From Octopus sinensis (lineage: Eukaryota): a stretch of DNA of 64,000 nucleotides. Shown here piece after piece: positions 1 to 14,240 of the stretch. The notes beneath the pieces are model-generated. The model had not been told where the DNA came from. It was given only the letters and a program-made list of their open reading frames with translations, and made no database searches. The DNA is taken from the NCBI RefSeq assembly GCF_006345805.1, contig NC_043000.1, forward strand, positions 56,606,001-56,670,000, read 5' to 3'. The number at the start of each line of letters is the position of its first letter. Within the stretch, counting starts at the first letter, position 1. The position numbers and the translations under genes were made by a program.

Positions 1-2016
1 ACATCAATATTTTGCAAAACATACATCAATAATTTAGAAATCTTACAAGAATTCTTCAGAAAGTATACAATATGTATATTCTTGAATCTGAAGAATTCAG
101 GAACAATAAAAAACAAAAAAGAAGTAAATTAACATAAAATCTTTCACTGCATTTTTTTCTTTTTGTTTTGTTTTGTTTGTGTGCTTGTTTGTTTTTTGTT
201 ATATGGAATGTTAACTTTTATAAAGTTTCATTTTTATATCACTTTTGTTTTTGAGTTTTGTGAGAGATAAAAAAAAAAGAAAGAACTATATCAGTTATAA
301 AGATTATTCCAGCAATGTAGATTTAATTTTTTTTTTAACACAATATATATTTTTAATTTATCTAATATGCCATTTTGTACTGAAACCAGTATAGTTTATT
401 TCGTTTTGTTTTGTTTTTTTTTTCTCTTTCATGATATTTTTCTATCATTATACAAAATTTATAATTAAAAAAAGTGTTGAAAACAAAATCAAACAACAGC
501 TGAAGCAGCAGCATCTTTTTGTATCTGTTTTGCAAGATACTCAATGTGAAAAAAGTGTTGAAACAGATGTTATATCTCAAGAGGATCATTTTGCCAATGA
601 AATCAGGTAGGCTGATTCTCTTTCACTTCTTTTTATCATTATTGAGCAACTAGTTAACTAATTAACTAATCAATTGTTTCACTAATCATTTCATTAATCG
701 GTCCATCAGTTGGCTTGTCTGAATCCTTTCATTGCTTTTCCCCACCTCGTTAGTGATATGCTCTTGTAGCTCCAGGTCTATCACAATGTAATGCATCCAA
801 ACCAGTTTGAATATAGTGATGAAAAGATGATGACAAATCAATTGACTCATTGATTTATTGATCAAGTGATTAGTCAAGAAATCAATAAGTTAATTGGTAA
901 ATTCATTAACTAGTTAATGTAATAATCCTTTCTACTATAGGCACAAGGCCTGAAATTTTTTTTTTTTTTTTTGGTTGGGGATGAGACTAGTCAGTTATAT
1001 TGACCCCAGCGCTCAACTGGTACTTATTTCATTAACCCTGAAAGGATAAAAGACAAGCTGATCTCAGCATTATTTGAATGCATGATGTAAAAACAAATGA
1101 AATGCTGTTAAACATTTCGTCTGGCATGCTAATGGTTCTGCCAACTCACTCCATTCTTCTTTCTTTTCCGCCCTTTTCAAGCCTAGCCAGGCTCAGGGAC
1201 CTGGTTTCTCGGTTTCTGTGGCATATGTGTTCCCCCCTACTGGACAGGACACCAGTCCATTGCAGAGTTACTCAAGAAACAGGAAGAGAGAGTGAGAGAA
1301 AGCTGTGGCAAAAGAGTACACCAGGGGTTGACACCACCCTCTGCCAGAGCCTCTTGGAGCTTTTAGGTGTTTTCACTCAATAAACACACACAATGCCTGG
1401 TCTGGGAATCAAAACCGCGAGTCCACTGCCCTAACCACTGGACCATTGTGCCTCCACACTCACTCCATTAGTTGACTTATAATAATGAAAAGAAGTGAAA
1501 TAGAACCAGTATATGTCTTTTGACTGGTAAAATTACCTTCCAAAGATATTTCAAAACTCAGTCCACTCTGCAGAGTGGTTGGTGTCAGAAAAGGCATCGA
1601 ACCATAAAAACTTTGCCAAAACAGACACAGTAGCCTGGGGTAGTCTTCTATCTGGCCGGCTCCTGTCATGCTATGGTTGTTTATTTTTAAAATGACACTG
1701 CAGGGTTAGTGTGAGAGGCTGGATCTGGCCAGTTTGAGCATAAATCCTGTAGAATATTTGGGATGGATATGGCCAGTTTAAATGCTAATGAGTTAAAGGT
1801 ACATAAACCTATAAATACATTAACAGTAATTCATCTCAAACATTTGTTTGAACACTTATCTGAGATAATTTTGACTTCTGGCTTAGGAACAAGGACTCAA
1901 ACTTGAAGGGATGCATGTGATCAACTTGTAAATTTATTATTATACTGACTCTGAAAGGATGAAGAGCAAAGTCAGACCTGGTAATATTCAAACCCGACTA
2001 AATGCAAGGAAGATTA

Positions 2017-2227
2017 GTTTCAAATTTTGGCACATGGCCAGTAAGTTGGGAGAAGAGGACTAGTCAATTACATCAGCCCCAGTGCTCAACTAGTACTTAT
2101 TTTATCAACCCCGAAAGGATGAAAGGCAAAGTTAACCTCAACAGAATCTGAACTCAGAATGTAAAGATGGACAAAATGCCACTAAGCATTTTGGCCAACA
2201 TGCTAAAAGTTCTGCCAGCTCACCACC
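2017..2227 (-). mobile_element. SINE family E with MetaSINE-like central motif
   Basis: Sense TTTGCCTTTCATCCTTTCGGGGTTGATAAAATAAGTAC; copies also at 931-1150 (-), 10780-10975 (-), 30770-30960 (+), 63690-63830 (-). The Meta-domain assignment is from memory. Confidence 0.75.
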
Positions 2228-3984
2228 TAACTAAATGCAATGAATATTGTCCATCAGTACTATTGATTCTGCCAATCTGCAAATACTAAAGGTTTAAAGA
2301 TTCATACACTTACATAGATGTGCATGCATACGTGTGTAAGATAGAAGCATTGATTGAGTGACCTTAGAGATCACAGTCTCCAAGATTCTAAGCAATTATT
2401 ACAAACAGCTGTTTTTTTCAAATGTATGACAGCATTCTGTCTATGTATACAATAACCTAACTCAATAATGTTGCTGTAATTGCTGTAGCTGTTGTTATTG
2501 TTTAACCCCAGGTCAACTCTGGTCATGCTGACCTTACAACCAGAAAGCATTCCCATTACATCTATCACATACTGTTTGTTTATCAGATACAATTTTTCTA
2601 TGATTACATCATACAATGTATCCATTTTTTTTTATACTATAAGGTGTGGTTCTAAAGGGGATTTGGCTGCTATTTTTTTAATAGGTTGAACAACCACATA
2701 GAGGACTCCTCAATGGCTTATACAACACAATTATGTTATTTTCTATGGTCTTCACTGCAATTCTTTGTCAATAATAGAAATTTTATGCTGTAGAGACATA
2801 TACATGCATAGAGGCTCTACATGTAAACATAATCAATAAACCTAGCGCCAAGTTCAGTCCAATATGGCTAAAACTATTGAAAAAAATAAATTGAAATGTC
2901 ACTTAAATCGACATGTATTTCTTTCTATTACTTGTCCATTGCATAATAGATAATAATTGCAGTGGAATTCTCTGAGAAATAAAGGTCTGTAAGGTCAATC
3001 CTGACACAAAAACATGCGCAAGAACAACTATAGAAGCATGCAAAAAAAAACTATGGACAAAAAAAATTCCCTCTAGTGATGAATTTAAAATTCACAGTAA
3101 CAATTTATCACTATTATTAATACTAATTTTCTGAAAATATATACAAAAGTATATTTCCATAGTGGTACCTCAGCATGGTCAAAGCCAAATGGTTGAAACA
3201 AGAATAAAAGAGTGTGTGCATGGGTGTCATCATCGTCATCATCATCTTCTTCATCATATGTCCACTCGTCCATGTTGTCATAGGTTGAGTGAATCATTAC
3301 AGACAGAGTCAGTTTTTATGTATCCTAGATGAATCAGGGACTATATCTCATGAAAACATTGCATATTGGGGAAACTTTCTTTCACTAAATGCACTTCCTA
3401 TCACCAACGACTTTATAGAGTATACTAATGCTTTCCATCATGGCACCAGCATTAGAGGGGTTATGGCTACCCTATCTTCACCAGTACCACAGAAATTTGT
3501 AGCATACATGGCAGATACAAGAGATAGATGGATATGTCTTGTTGATAACCTACACTCCACACTGAGTTCAAGAATTAGGAAGAAGATTACACACAAGCTG
3601 TGTATAACCTTCTTCCTGATTTTTGATCAGTGGACATAAGCATATTAGATAGCTGTTACATTAAGATATTATACTGTATATAATGGTTTATATTTGGTTT
3701 ATATAATGGTTTATATATACTGTATATAATGGTTTATATTTGAAGCGAATGATAAAATTAGATGAAATTAAGATTAGCAAACAGAATTGGTTCAGTATTA
3801 AATTTCAAAAATAACTGGCAACCATTTTTTATCCATGGACTCCTTTTGATTACTATTTTATTTTGGTGGACCTCCATAACCATTCAATGTTTAAAATCTA
3901 GTTTTATAGAAAATGTTTTTCAAAATTCCTGTTTAGTTTTCCACACACTGACTTGTGTAGGTAGAACTATGTAAAATGTTACTG

Positions 3985-4223
3985 AAAGAAACCTAGCTGT
4001 TTCTTGCAATACATACCAATACATACATCTAAAGCAAAATTTTTTTCAGGGTCCCTTAAAATACATATCAATACATACATCTAAAGCAAAACTTTTACAG
4101 GGGCCCTTAAAATTCTATTTTCAGGGGCTCTTAAAATCCCCAATTTACTATTTTGTTATGTGGACTCACAAAAATCTTATATGGATCTTCAGGAGTCATA
4201 TGAACCCTGATTGAGAACCACTG
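3985..4223. mobile_element. hAT-like MITE fragment
   Basis: Ends in TTGAGAACCACTG (reverse complement of the CAGTGGTTCTCAA terminus also seen at 49855); related sequence at about 60045-60215. Confidence 0.5.
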
Positions 4224-4380
4224 ATTTAAATAATGAAAGTTTTAAAATGTTCTGAATGCTGGAAAAGCATATAGCCATAGAAACCATGCTAAAATAAACA
4301 ATGGAGTATAATGCAGTTTTTGGGCCCATCAGATTTCACCTGACTATCCAACCCGTGCCTACATGAAACATGAATGTTAA

Positions 4381-4586
4381 CCTATTAGTATTCAGATTAC
4401 TCTGAGAAATGTAAAGCTTATTTATTAACAGTGTTTTGAATTAATCATGCATTATCTCATAGCTTTCAGAATTCAATGATGTGATTGTTTATTTTTAGAA
4501 GGAAATTGTAGGGTAGATGTAAGAGGCCAGGTCTGGTTGGTTTGAACACATTTGAGCCAGATATGACATATTTAAATGCTAAAGGT
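4381..4586. mobile_element. piggyBac-like MITE
   Basis: TTAA at 4377-4380 and 4587-4590 flanking degenerate CCCTTTAGCATT/AATGCTAAAGGG TIRs; same family at 17080, 21355, 38692 and partial at about 1670-1797. Confidence 0.7.
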
Positions 4587-5507
4587 TTAAATGATGATGA
4601 GGATGGCGAGAGTGGTGGGGGTACTGGTGGAGTTGATGGTAGGGGTACTGGTGGTGGGAATATAGAGGTGATGGGGGAGGGGTTGTTGATGACGATCGTG
4701 ATGATGAACATGCTGGTCTTATGTATTGGCAGAAAACAAAATGAACGTATAGCTTTTTAACTATGCTGATGAATTGCATCTTTTTTTTTTTTGACTGATG
4801 CCAAAGCAAATAATATATTGATTGAAGTGTTCCTTTTATAGCATAACCAATAATTTATCTTTATTTCACTTTTTTAAAATGTTTAAATTATAAATTATAG
4901 GCTCTTATGATTGACTTAATAAATATCTTTACTCCCTTCCTGTTCATTTTGACACCCACAAAATTCATTCCATACTGTCTTTCCTTCACTCGTGGAGGCA
5001 TGTGGCTTAGTGGTTAGGGTCTCAGCACCATGATTGGTAAGATTGTGGTTTCAATTCCTGGACAAGGCGACGCGTTGTGTTCTTGAGCAAAACACTTCAT
5101 TTCACATTGCTCCAGTCCACTCAGCTGGCAAAAATGAGTAACGCTGCAATGGAGAACACATACACCATAGAAACTGGGAAACCAGGCCCATGAGCCTGGC
5201 TAGGCTTTAAAAGGGCTCATTCATTTATTTTTTTATCTCCTTCACTCAGGTTCTATACCATACTATGTTGTTTTTGTTTTTGTTGCTATTTCCCCCCTCA
5301 CACTTTTCTCTTGCTACATTTCTATGCCCTATATTTACCATTAGTATTTATAAATGTTTTTAAATTCTCTTCATAGATGCAAGCATGGTTGAGTGGTAAG
5401 AAGCTTGCTTCCCAACCATATGATTCCGGGTTCAGTCCCACAGCTCAGTACCTCAGGCAAGTGTTTTCTACTAAGCCTCAAGCTGACCAAATCCTTATAG
5501 GTGGATT

Positions 5508-5563
<56 letters not shown>

Positions 5564-6327
5564 AAAAGAGAGATGTGTGCATGTGTGTAAGTGTCTTTGT
5601 GCTTGTGTGTAAGTGTCCACTGTCACTGCTTGACAACCGGTGTTGATGCATTTAAGTCCCTATAACTTAGCAGTCTGACAAAAAGAGGCCCATAAAATAA
5701 GTACTGGACTTAATTCATTCAACTAAAAATTCTTCAAGGTGGTGCCCCAGCATGGCCACAGTCATGATTGAAATAAGTAAAAGATAAAATACAGTTCAGC
5801 AACATATAAAAATAAAACTCTGAGCAACTGTACAGAATTTTTGGCCTCAATAAATATTTTACTCGGGTATTTCTATTGAGTTCTTTCCTGAGTTGATATT
5901 CTTTTATAAACAATAACCACAACTGATGGATTGACCAATTGATTGATTGATTGAGGGATGGATGGATATTGATTTATTCAGATGAATTGGAAAGGACTGC
6001 TCATAATGTAGAGGACATGGTTGTACTTAAACTGAATGTTTGTCCAGCAACTTGGGTTTACTACTAAAGGGATCTTCAGGTGAGAACTGTTATAATTCAA
6101 TACTAATGGTGTATTTATATTTTTCGGTGTGCATGTGTGCATGTGTATTCAGGGTTCAGTGAATAAACTTTTGTCTGAATTATGTAAAAATGAAAATAAC
6201 ATGACACCTCTCATTTTAACAGATATATTTACCAAAATTACACAAAAATATTTTGAAATACTAAAGAGTAAATTTATTCAATAGAATTGCCATTGGCTTC
6301 AACCACGGCCTCCAGATGACTTACATT

Positions 6328-6727
6328 CTTTTACTCTTTTACTTGTTTCAGTCATGTGAGTGTGGCCATGCTGGAGCACCGCCTTTAGTCGATCAAATCG
6401 ACCCCAGGACTTATTCTTTGTAAGCCTAGTACTTATTTTATCAGTCTCTTTTTTGCCGAACCGCTAAGTTACGGGTACGTAGACACACCAGCATCGGTTG
6501 TCAAGCGATGTTGGGGGGACAAACACAGACACACAAACACACACATACATATATATATATATACATATATATGACGGGCTTCTTTCAGTTTCCGTCTACC
6601 AAATCCACTCACAAAGCTTTAGTCGACCCGAGGCTATAGTAGAAGACACTTACCCAAGGTGCCCCGCAGTGGGACTGAACCCGGAACCATGTGGTTCGTA
6701 AGCAAGCTACTTACCACACAGCCACTC
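6328..6727 (-). mobile_element. tRNA-derived SINE, family C (internal microsatellite, GAAACAAGTAAAAGA tail)
   Basis: Near-identical to 47815-48194 (+) and 59549-59968 (-); A/B-box-like head GAGTGGCTGTGTGGTAAG..GGTTCAGTCCC. Confidence 0.85.
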
Positions 6728-6948
6728 TTACACCTATGTTTTCAGAATGTTCAAACGACTATAGAATGTCCAGACGACTTTGGAATCTCCAAACGACTTC
6801 AGAATCTCGTTTTTTCCTTTGTCATCGCACTTTCTTGTTACTGCCCTGTACTTAACTAGTGTTTCATTCTGAAGCATATATATATATATTGAGTTCTACT
6901 CCAGGTTAATTTCACCATGCAGAAGCAAAATATCTATCTATCTATCTA

Positions 6949-6992
<44 letters not shown>

Positions 6993-7220
6993 TATGTATA
7001 ATCATAATTTCTCCTATGTCTGCTCTGTATTTCATAACTAGTGATACTACTAAGCACAGTAGTAACTACACCACTTTACAGGAAGTAGACTGGATGATGA
7101 TACTTTCCACAAAGTAGCAGTCATATCTCTAAATGTACACATAAGATATACTATGCATATATAACACATACACACACACACATGTATGTGTATTCATATG
7201 TGTGTATATACATACATACA

Positions 7221-7254
<34 letters not shown>

Positions 7255-7496
7255 TATACGTATACATTTATGTATATGTATTCATATATGTGTATATAGA
7301 TACATATACATACATACATCTATATATATATATCGTTGTTTAAGAAAAATGTCCAGTTCCTTGGTTTTGTGTTTATGTTTTCGTTTCTCATTGTGTTCGA
7401 CGGTTTTTTTGGTGTCCTGTACCCATATATGCATGTATATACACATGTAGAGGTAGGTATGTACATATATGCATGTATATATGCATATGTTTTATT

Positions 7497-7529
<33 letters not shown>

Positions 7530-7732
7530 CATACATACATACATACATACATACATACATACATACACATATACACACATACACATATATGTATACAGTT
7601 ATGTATGTATTCATAAATGTGTGAATACATACATATACATATACACATATAAATATATATTTATTATATATATACACACACATACACATGTACATATATG
7701 CATGTATATACACACACACACACACACATACA

Positions 7733-7780
<48 letters not shown>

Positions 7781-8442
7781 GCTTAATGCACATTGAGAGA
7801 CAGTTTATAGGGGGAATAGATTCATGAAAAGAGGAAAGAAGAGATGAAAAAGAGAATGTGTATGCACTTGTTTGTTAATTTACACACACACACACACACA
7901 CACACCGATATGTACACGGATAGGTGTGTCTCTGCGTCATATTTGTTTCAATATAAATAGCTTAAAATATATTGAACCGAAATTTTCTTGGGTGTTGTCT
8001 ACACAGTGAAGTAATATAGCAAATATTACAAGGATCAAAGCAGCAGCACCAAAGTGACGTTTGGTGAGAAGTTAAACTGACATCAATGAGGGTGAAAAAT
8101 TCTAATCAGCTGTCTTTTTTTTTTGTCTTTTGTTTAGTAGTTGTTTTATTATTTTTTTCCTTCATTTTCTTTTTCTAATATATGGCGGCTAAGAGAAAGA
8201 ATTATTTAGTTCATTGTTATCTTGCTGCTGCTGCTGCTGTTTTCCTTGTTTTCTATTTTCTATTGATTAGATGTTACGAAAGTGAAAGAAGCAGCTAATT
8301 CACAGAACTCTTTCCGTTTTTTTTATTAATAATATTTATTTCTTTTACCGAATTTCATGCTAACACAAAATTTTGTTTACACACATTTATACATGTGTGT
8401 GCATGTGTGTTGGGAGTGGGGTGGTATGTTTGTGTGGGTGTA

Positions 8443-8485
<43 letters not shown>

Positions 8486-8931
8486 TGTGTGTGTATTTGT
8501 GTGAGTGTATTTCGGCTTTTAGAAAAATTGATACAATACACCAATATCTTTGGTTTCGGAAGAGGTGACTGAAAAGGTTAGCATCAAGAAGAGCAAACAG
8601 TCATAAAACAACAGCCTCGAAAGTGTCCAAGCATTCTGGGTTGATAAAATAAATTACTCACCAATTCTGGTGCTGATTCAATATTCCTATAAACACACTA
8701 AATGAGAATGGAATTATAGTAGCAGATTAAGATTAAGACATTATTCAGTGTGAATACTAAATCAATATTTATTTTAAGATCAGAGGCTTTGATTTCAGGG
8801 AGATTTTGGCAACTACTTCTGGCAGGTTGAGTGGCTGTGCAGAAGCTCCTTCACTGGCTCATGTCCATCAAGTTTTCTTTGGATCTATTGATTTAGGGGG
8901 ACACAAGGGAAATCAGAATTGGAACATTAAT

Positions 8932-8988
<57 letters not shown>

Positions 8989-9216
8989 TAGCAATGTAAA
9001 GTGAGATCTCATTGATACAAGACTTGTGACTATGAGAACAACCATATAGTTTGGCATGCAAGGAATTGATGCAACCCTTCATGGCACTCAACTACAGAAC
9101 AGTGGAAAAGTTAGAAGAGAAATAATTAAACATACAAACACACACACACACACACACACGCACATACACACATACATATTGTTCTGAAAACTTTATAAAT
9201 TCTGGTGCCATCAACA

Positions 9217-9255
<39 letters not shown>

Positions 9256-9872
9256 TACACATGCAACCCATAGATAAAATGAAAGACAAAACAAAAGTAT
9301 ATACTTTTATCTTTATATCTTTTCTTTTATCTTTTACTTGCTTCAGTCATTAGACAAAGGCCATGCTGAAGCACTGTTTTGGATAATTTTTAGCTGAATC
9401 TATTAACACCAGTACTTATTTTTTATCAATTTAATGTGTAATAAAGTTTCTCTGCAATTTTTTTTTTCATTGCTTCCACAGATTCCCATGACTCAGTCAC
9501 CATTTCCATTATTATGAATTTGAACTGGGAACTCGAGTCATAGTGAATCTCTCATTAGCTGATTACATAACCATGGATGGTGCCCCTATGGATGTTTTGC
9601 AGTTACTCTCCTGATAGACCTTTGTGATCCTGAGAGTTGATTTTCTACGATTCCTCCGCTCACCATCAACATAAGCAGCACCATTAGCCCAGTTGAGCTC
9701 CTCCACTGCCTCTTTACAATCCACCCTGTTACAGTCCCATGACCTCATCACATCCCTGGCAGTGGGGCTGAATGGATGTTATGCCTTACAACCTGTAACT
9801 ATGCATAACACACACTATATTGCAAGCTGAGTTCTTATATCTGGTGACAATTCTTGACAGCTATACAAAATA

Positions 9873-10698
9873 TCTCTATATATATAAAAGGCTGTGTGTC
9901 TGTCAGGTTGTACCCTCACCCTGACCACGGCTTTCAACCAACTCTGATGAAACTTGACACACACATAGCCCAATGTTATAATTCAAAACTAACGCAGCCA
10001 AAATTTTGAAAAGTTCTCCCAGTTCTGAAAAAAATCGATAAATTCGACATGAGGTCGAGAATCTAAGCTTATCATATGCAACACATTTTCTATTGTAGTT
10101 TTCACAACTTGCAATTTATTTTCACCAAGCTCATGGTGAAGCTTAATGTTACCCTATGGAACTTAATTCTGACGTTAGTTTTCCATGCAATACCTTACCA
10201 TCAGAAAAAAAATCGATAAAATCATGCCATTTTGGGAAATCACGTTCAAATTCAAGATGACATATTTTCGACAATATCTTTAACAAATTGGCAGGAATTT
10301 TTTTTGAAATTCACAGCGAGCACCATGTCTGCTCCATGGAGCTATATGGCCCTTTTGATTCCAATAGGATACGTTATTACTGGAAAAAATCGGTTAATTA
10401 CATCATATGTGGCACACATAGCAAACCAATCTTTCTGCTATATTTTTTGAAAGTTCACATAGATTTTTCCCTACACCGATGTTGGACATCAAGTTTGCAT
10501 TAAATGTCAAACTAACAACCTTTTGTCAATGCAGTTAACAAGTATTGGGAGAAAACGACAAAACCATATCACTTTCAGACCGACCATGACTTTACAAAAT
10601 AACGGTTCAATAAGTACAAAAAAGGATAAAAAGGTAAAGGGCATTGCTTATCGACAAAGTTTTTTATATACCCAGGCAACACCGGGCTATACTGCTAG
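9873..10698 (+). mobile_element. Non-autonomous Helitron (826 bp)
   Basis: A|TC start (TCTCTATATATATAAAAG), subterminal GC hairpin CCCAGGCAACACCGGG at 10671-10686, CTAG|T end, no TSD. Confidence 0.8.
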
Positions 10699-12391
10699 TT
10701 ATACATAAATTTGAACAATAAAAATGCATGTATCAAGCCATGGTAAATGAGTCTAATAAGGATTTATAAAGTAGGTGTAATATTTTGAATTTGGGGAAGT
10801 TGTACAGTCAATTAAATTAACCCCAAATATTTCACTAATATTTACTTTATCAATCCCAAAATGATGAAAGGCAAAATTGACTTCAGCAAGATTTGAACTC
10901 AGGAATGTAATGGCATTAATTAAATATCAGAAGTAATTTCTCCAGTACTCTAAAGATTCTGCCAAATCCTCACTCTAGATGAGGCAGTTTCAGAGATGTT
11001 TGAGTCTAAAACACACATTAGGAAAACAAAAACAATTTGAGTAACTCAAAAGTCACTCAGTAATAATTGCTCAGTAAATGAGAGGCAAATCTCATCTGAA
11101 TAGTTTGTTAATCTATCATAGATAAATCTTTTATATGTTTTAGTCATTTGACTGTGGCCAGGCTGGGGCACCACCTTGAAGAATTTTTTAGTTGAATGAA
11201 TTGACTCCAGTACTTATTTTTCTTTTAAACCTGGTATTTATTCTATCAGTGTCATTTTGCTAAACTGCTAAGTTACAAGTGCATAAAACCAACACTGAGT
11301 GTCAAGCAGTAATGAGGAACACACTCACACACACACACACACACATATACAACAGACTTTCAGTTTCCATCTCTAAATCTACTTACAAGACTTTGGTTGG
11401 CTCAAAGCTACATAGTATAAGACACTTGTCAAGGGTGCCATAGAGTGGGACTGAACCTGGAATCATGTGGTTGGGAAGAAAACTTCTTACCACATGACAG
11501 TGTTAATCATTCCCAGTAAGTAGATAAATTGAGGTGCAGAGAATTATATGTACTGCCCATGAACTCAGAAAAAATTCTGAGTTAGATTTGAACTTAAGTT
11601 CTCTGAGTTAGTAATCCAATGTCATATCTATTCCAACATTTCACTTGTATTTATGAAGTATGAGAAATAACTGATGTCTAGATGAATTAAGGAGGCATGT
11701 TATGAGCAAGATCTTTGCAGTGGATGAAGAGGATATTATAAGCATATAAGACAAGGATATCATCAGCAGACGAGGAAAGATTGCTAATCTATCACAAATA
11801 AACTCCCAGAAATCTGGTTTGTGTTCTCAAAAGCTAAGTGAATTGAAGCATATAAAAAAATTAATTAATTGTCCAACCTACAGAGAATTGATATACATAC
11901 ATAATGTTCATGCTATATGAGCTGGTAATTCAATATGCTATACCAGTTGTCTATTTTGTCATAATATTAAACAAAAAAGAACAAAAATCACAAGCAACCA
12001 ATACAAACACATACGCACACACACACACACACACACACACATAATTATTTATAGCCTAAATAATAATTAATTGTACACAAAACTGAAGCCACTGAAGTTA
12101 ATACATGCAAGTAATCTGTGCAATCATTATAAAATTCCTAGAAACATTCAACCGTCTTTCTTCTCAAAATGATATCTCTTTTAAACAAACAAATCAATTT
12201 GGTAGAATTTTCACCAAAATTTAAAATAAATAAACAAACAAACAAACCTCAAAGAAATAATTTCAGTGAAATATTGCAATGCTTTATAACATTTAACAAA
12301 GCCAAATTATCTTCCTTTTCTTTTCTTTCTTTCCTCTTTCTGTTTTTCATTTTTTTCTTTTCTTAGTTTTGATTTTCTTCTGGCAAGTCTA

Positions 12392-12402
12392 GCCGCCATC
12401 TT
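12392..12402 (-). promoter_or_regulatory. YY1-type motif AAGATGGCGGC in a SINE-poor, CpG-containing segment (candidate promoter/5' UTR)
   Basis: Plus strand reads GCCGCCATCTT, matching the CCGCCATNTT consensus; flanks (about 12150-12620) lack recognisable SINEs. Confidence 0.35.
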
Positions 12403-13069
12403 TTCAACCATAGAAAAATTCTATCATAGACTAAACAAGATTAGATTTCGGTTGACAGCGATATTAATGAAGGTAATTAAGTAATCCATCAAAATTTTCA
12501 ATAAGCTTTCTGAGCAACTAAATTAATTTTGAAACCACATAAACGGGTTAACAAAGATAAATGTCTTCATGCTACGACAACGAAGTTAGTAAGTCGTGAA
12601 AACCAACAGTTATTAAAAAGTTTCCAATTCTGACAATGAAGATGTGGAAAAGGGAAATGAGACAACTGATATATTAAGCTTGTCTACTTCCATTTCATCA
12701 TCAACATGTCAAATAGCTTAGTGCTGCTACAAGCACTATTAAATACAATGGCCCTTGGCATCATCTTCAATTAACAAAGCAAGTTTGGGAATTTCGAGGA
12801 AGTACAGTTTCTTATTCAGTTAGGCATAGAGCCAGTTGTGGAAACAGAGAGGTACAAGTGCATCTGAAATGGTCCTAGTAGATTACTGCTATCTATAATA
12901 ATTAATCACAGAAGAATGACACAAACTTGGTAGAATTTGAACACATCACATTCAAAGACAAAACAAGATGCTAAAGAATTCAGATCTTGCTCTTCCAGTT
13001 CCACAAATTCACTCAATTTGTGCCGCAGCAACCACAGAATAATGGTGGTGGAAATAAATTCTTAAATTG

Positions 13070-14240
13070 AACAGACTCAACACGTGAATGACTGCTTGAA
13101 TGAAAACTACTGATTCCTAAACACAAAAACACCAGAAACCCCTAACAACATAAAAAGGCCTTCCACCCATACTCTACAACAGGCAGGTTACTCACTAGGA
13201 GAGCAATCATATATTAGCAGAAGAGCTAAATGAATGCCACAAAGGAATACATGGTTTTAAAGAGCAGCTACAAGTTAACCAAGCTATTATAGAAGACAGG
13301 AAAAAAAATAAGGAAAACCTGAGTATGGTTTGGATTGACAACCAAAAAACAATTGATAATATGCCATATTCTTGAGGTAACATTTATCCCCACTTAAACA
13401 TGGATGTTCTGTTAGAATGAAGTATACTGCAGCAGATACCACGAGAAAAAAATTCTCATTGGCTTTTAGAGTAAAATGCACTCTTGTTTATATCAACAGC
13501 AGGGAGATAAATCCCCACCATATTCTTGGTTACTCAGATATAGCAGACATTCCATAATAATAAAGCAGCTCCAAAACCATCAAAGTAGATTAGCTAATGA
13601 TATATTAAAGAAAAGAAACAGTGAGTAAGATTGAGTCAATATTCTGCAAAACTCAACATAGAAAAAGCCAGAGTGAAAACCAACAAAGGTTCAAAAGCTT
13701 TGGGCTTAAAGCAGAAACAGAAACCAATGCCTAACCAAAAAAAAAATTTTTTTTAAATACAAAAACAAAATGGCAAAAGAAATCCTAACAATATGTAAAA
13801 ACTATGTGACTAATACAATGAGACAACTGAGCATGTTATTTCCCGCTGTCCAATCCAAGTATAGTCACTAACACAAGTTGGTTGCTATGTCCAGTGAACA
13901 ATATGTTCATGCTTTGATCTGAAAATGCATAAGAATTGATATGAACATGATAATTAAGTATGAAATAGCCCAGCTACAGAAAATGAAGGTGAAGACAGCG
14001 CCAATTATTGTTGGACCCTTGGGAACAGTATCAAAAGGCTTTAAGAGGAATATAAAGGAAATCGGAATAGATGCCCAGTAGAACTGTTACAAAAGGTTAG
14101 CTTCCTTGGCACAGCCAGAATAATCAGGAAAGTATTAGATAGTTGAAAAGAACAGATAGCATAGTATTTTAGGCTGCAGTCAGCAAGCCAATGCAAGACT
14201 CCAAGAGTTACAACAAAACCTGAGATAAAAAGAATAATAA
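13070..14240 (+). mobile_element. Decayed R4/Dong-clade non-LTR retrotransposon (RT and RLE remnants, internally deleted)
   Basis: KENLSMVWIDNQKTIDNMPYS (RT motif, about 13311-13375); KYEIAQLQKMKVKTAPIIVGPLGTVSKG and ELLQKVSFLGTARIIRKVLDS-stop (RLE C-terminus); adjoins an AAT/ATT microsatellite. Boundaries approximate. Confidence 0.8.

Noticed and set aside
537-606. Plus-strand 70-nt exon candidate (AAG acceptor, CAG|GTAGGC donor)
   Set aside because: Two frames are open but there is no supportable partner exon; expected by chance.
3289-3639. 116-aa plus-strand ORF
   Set aside because: No splice signals or homology; overlaps degenerate family D-like repeat words.
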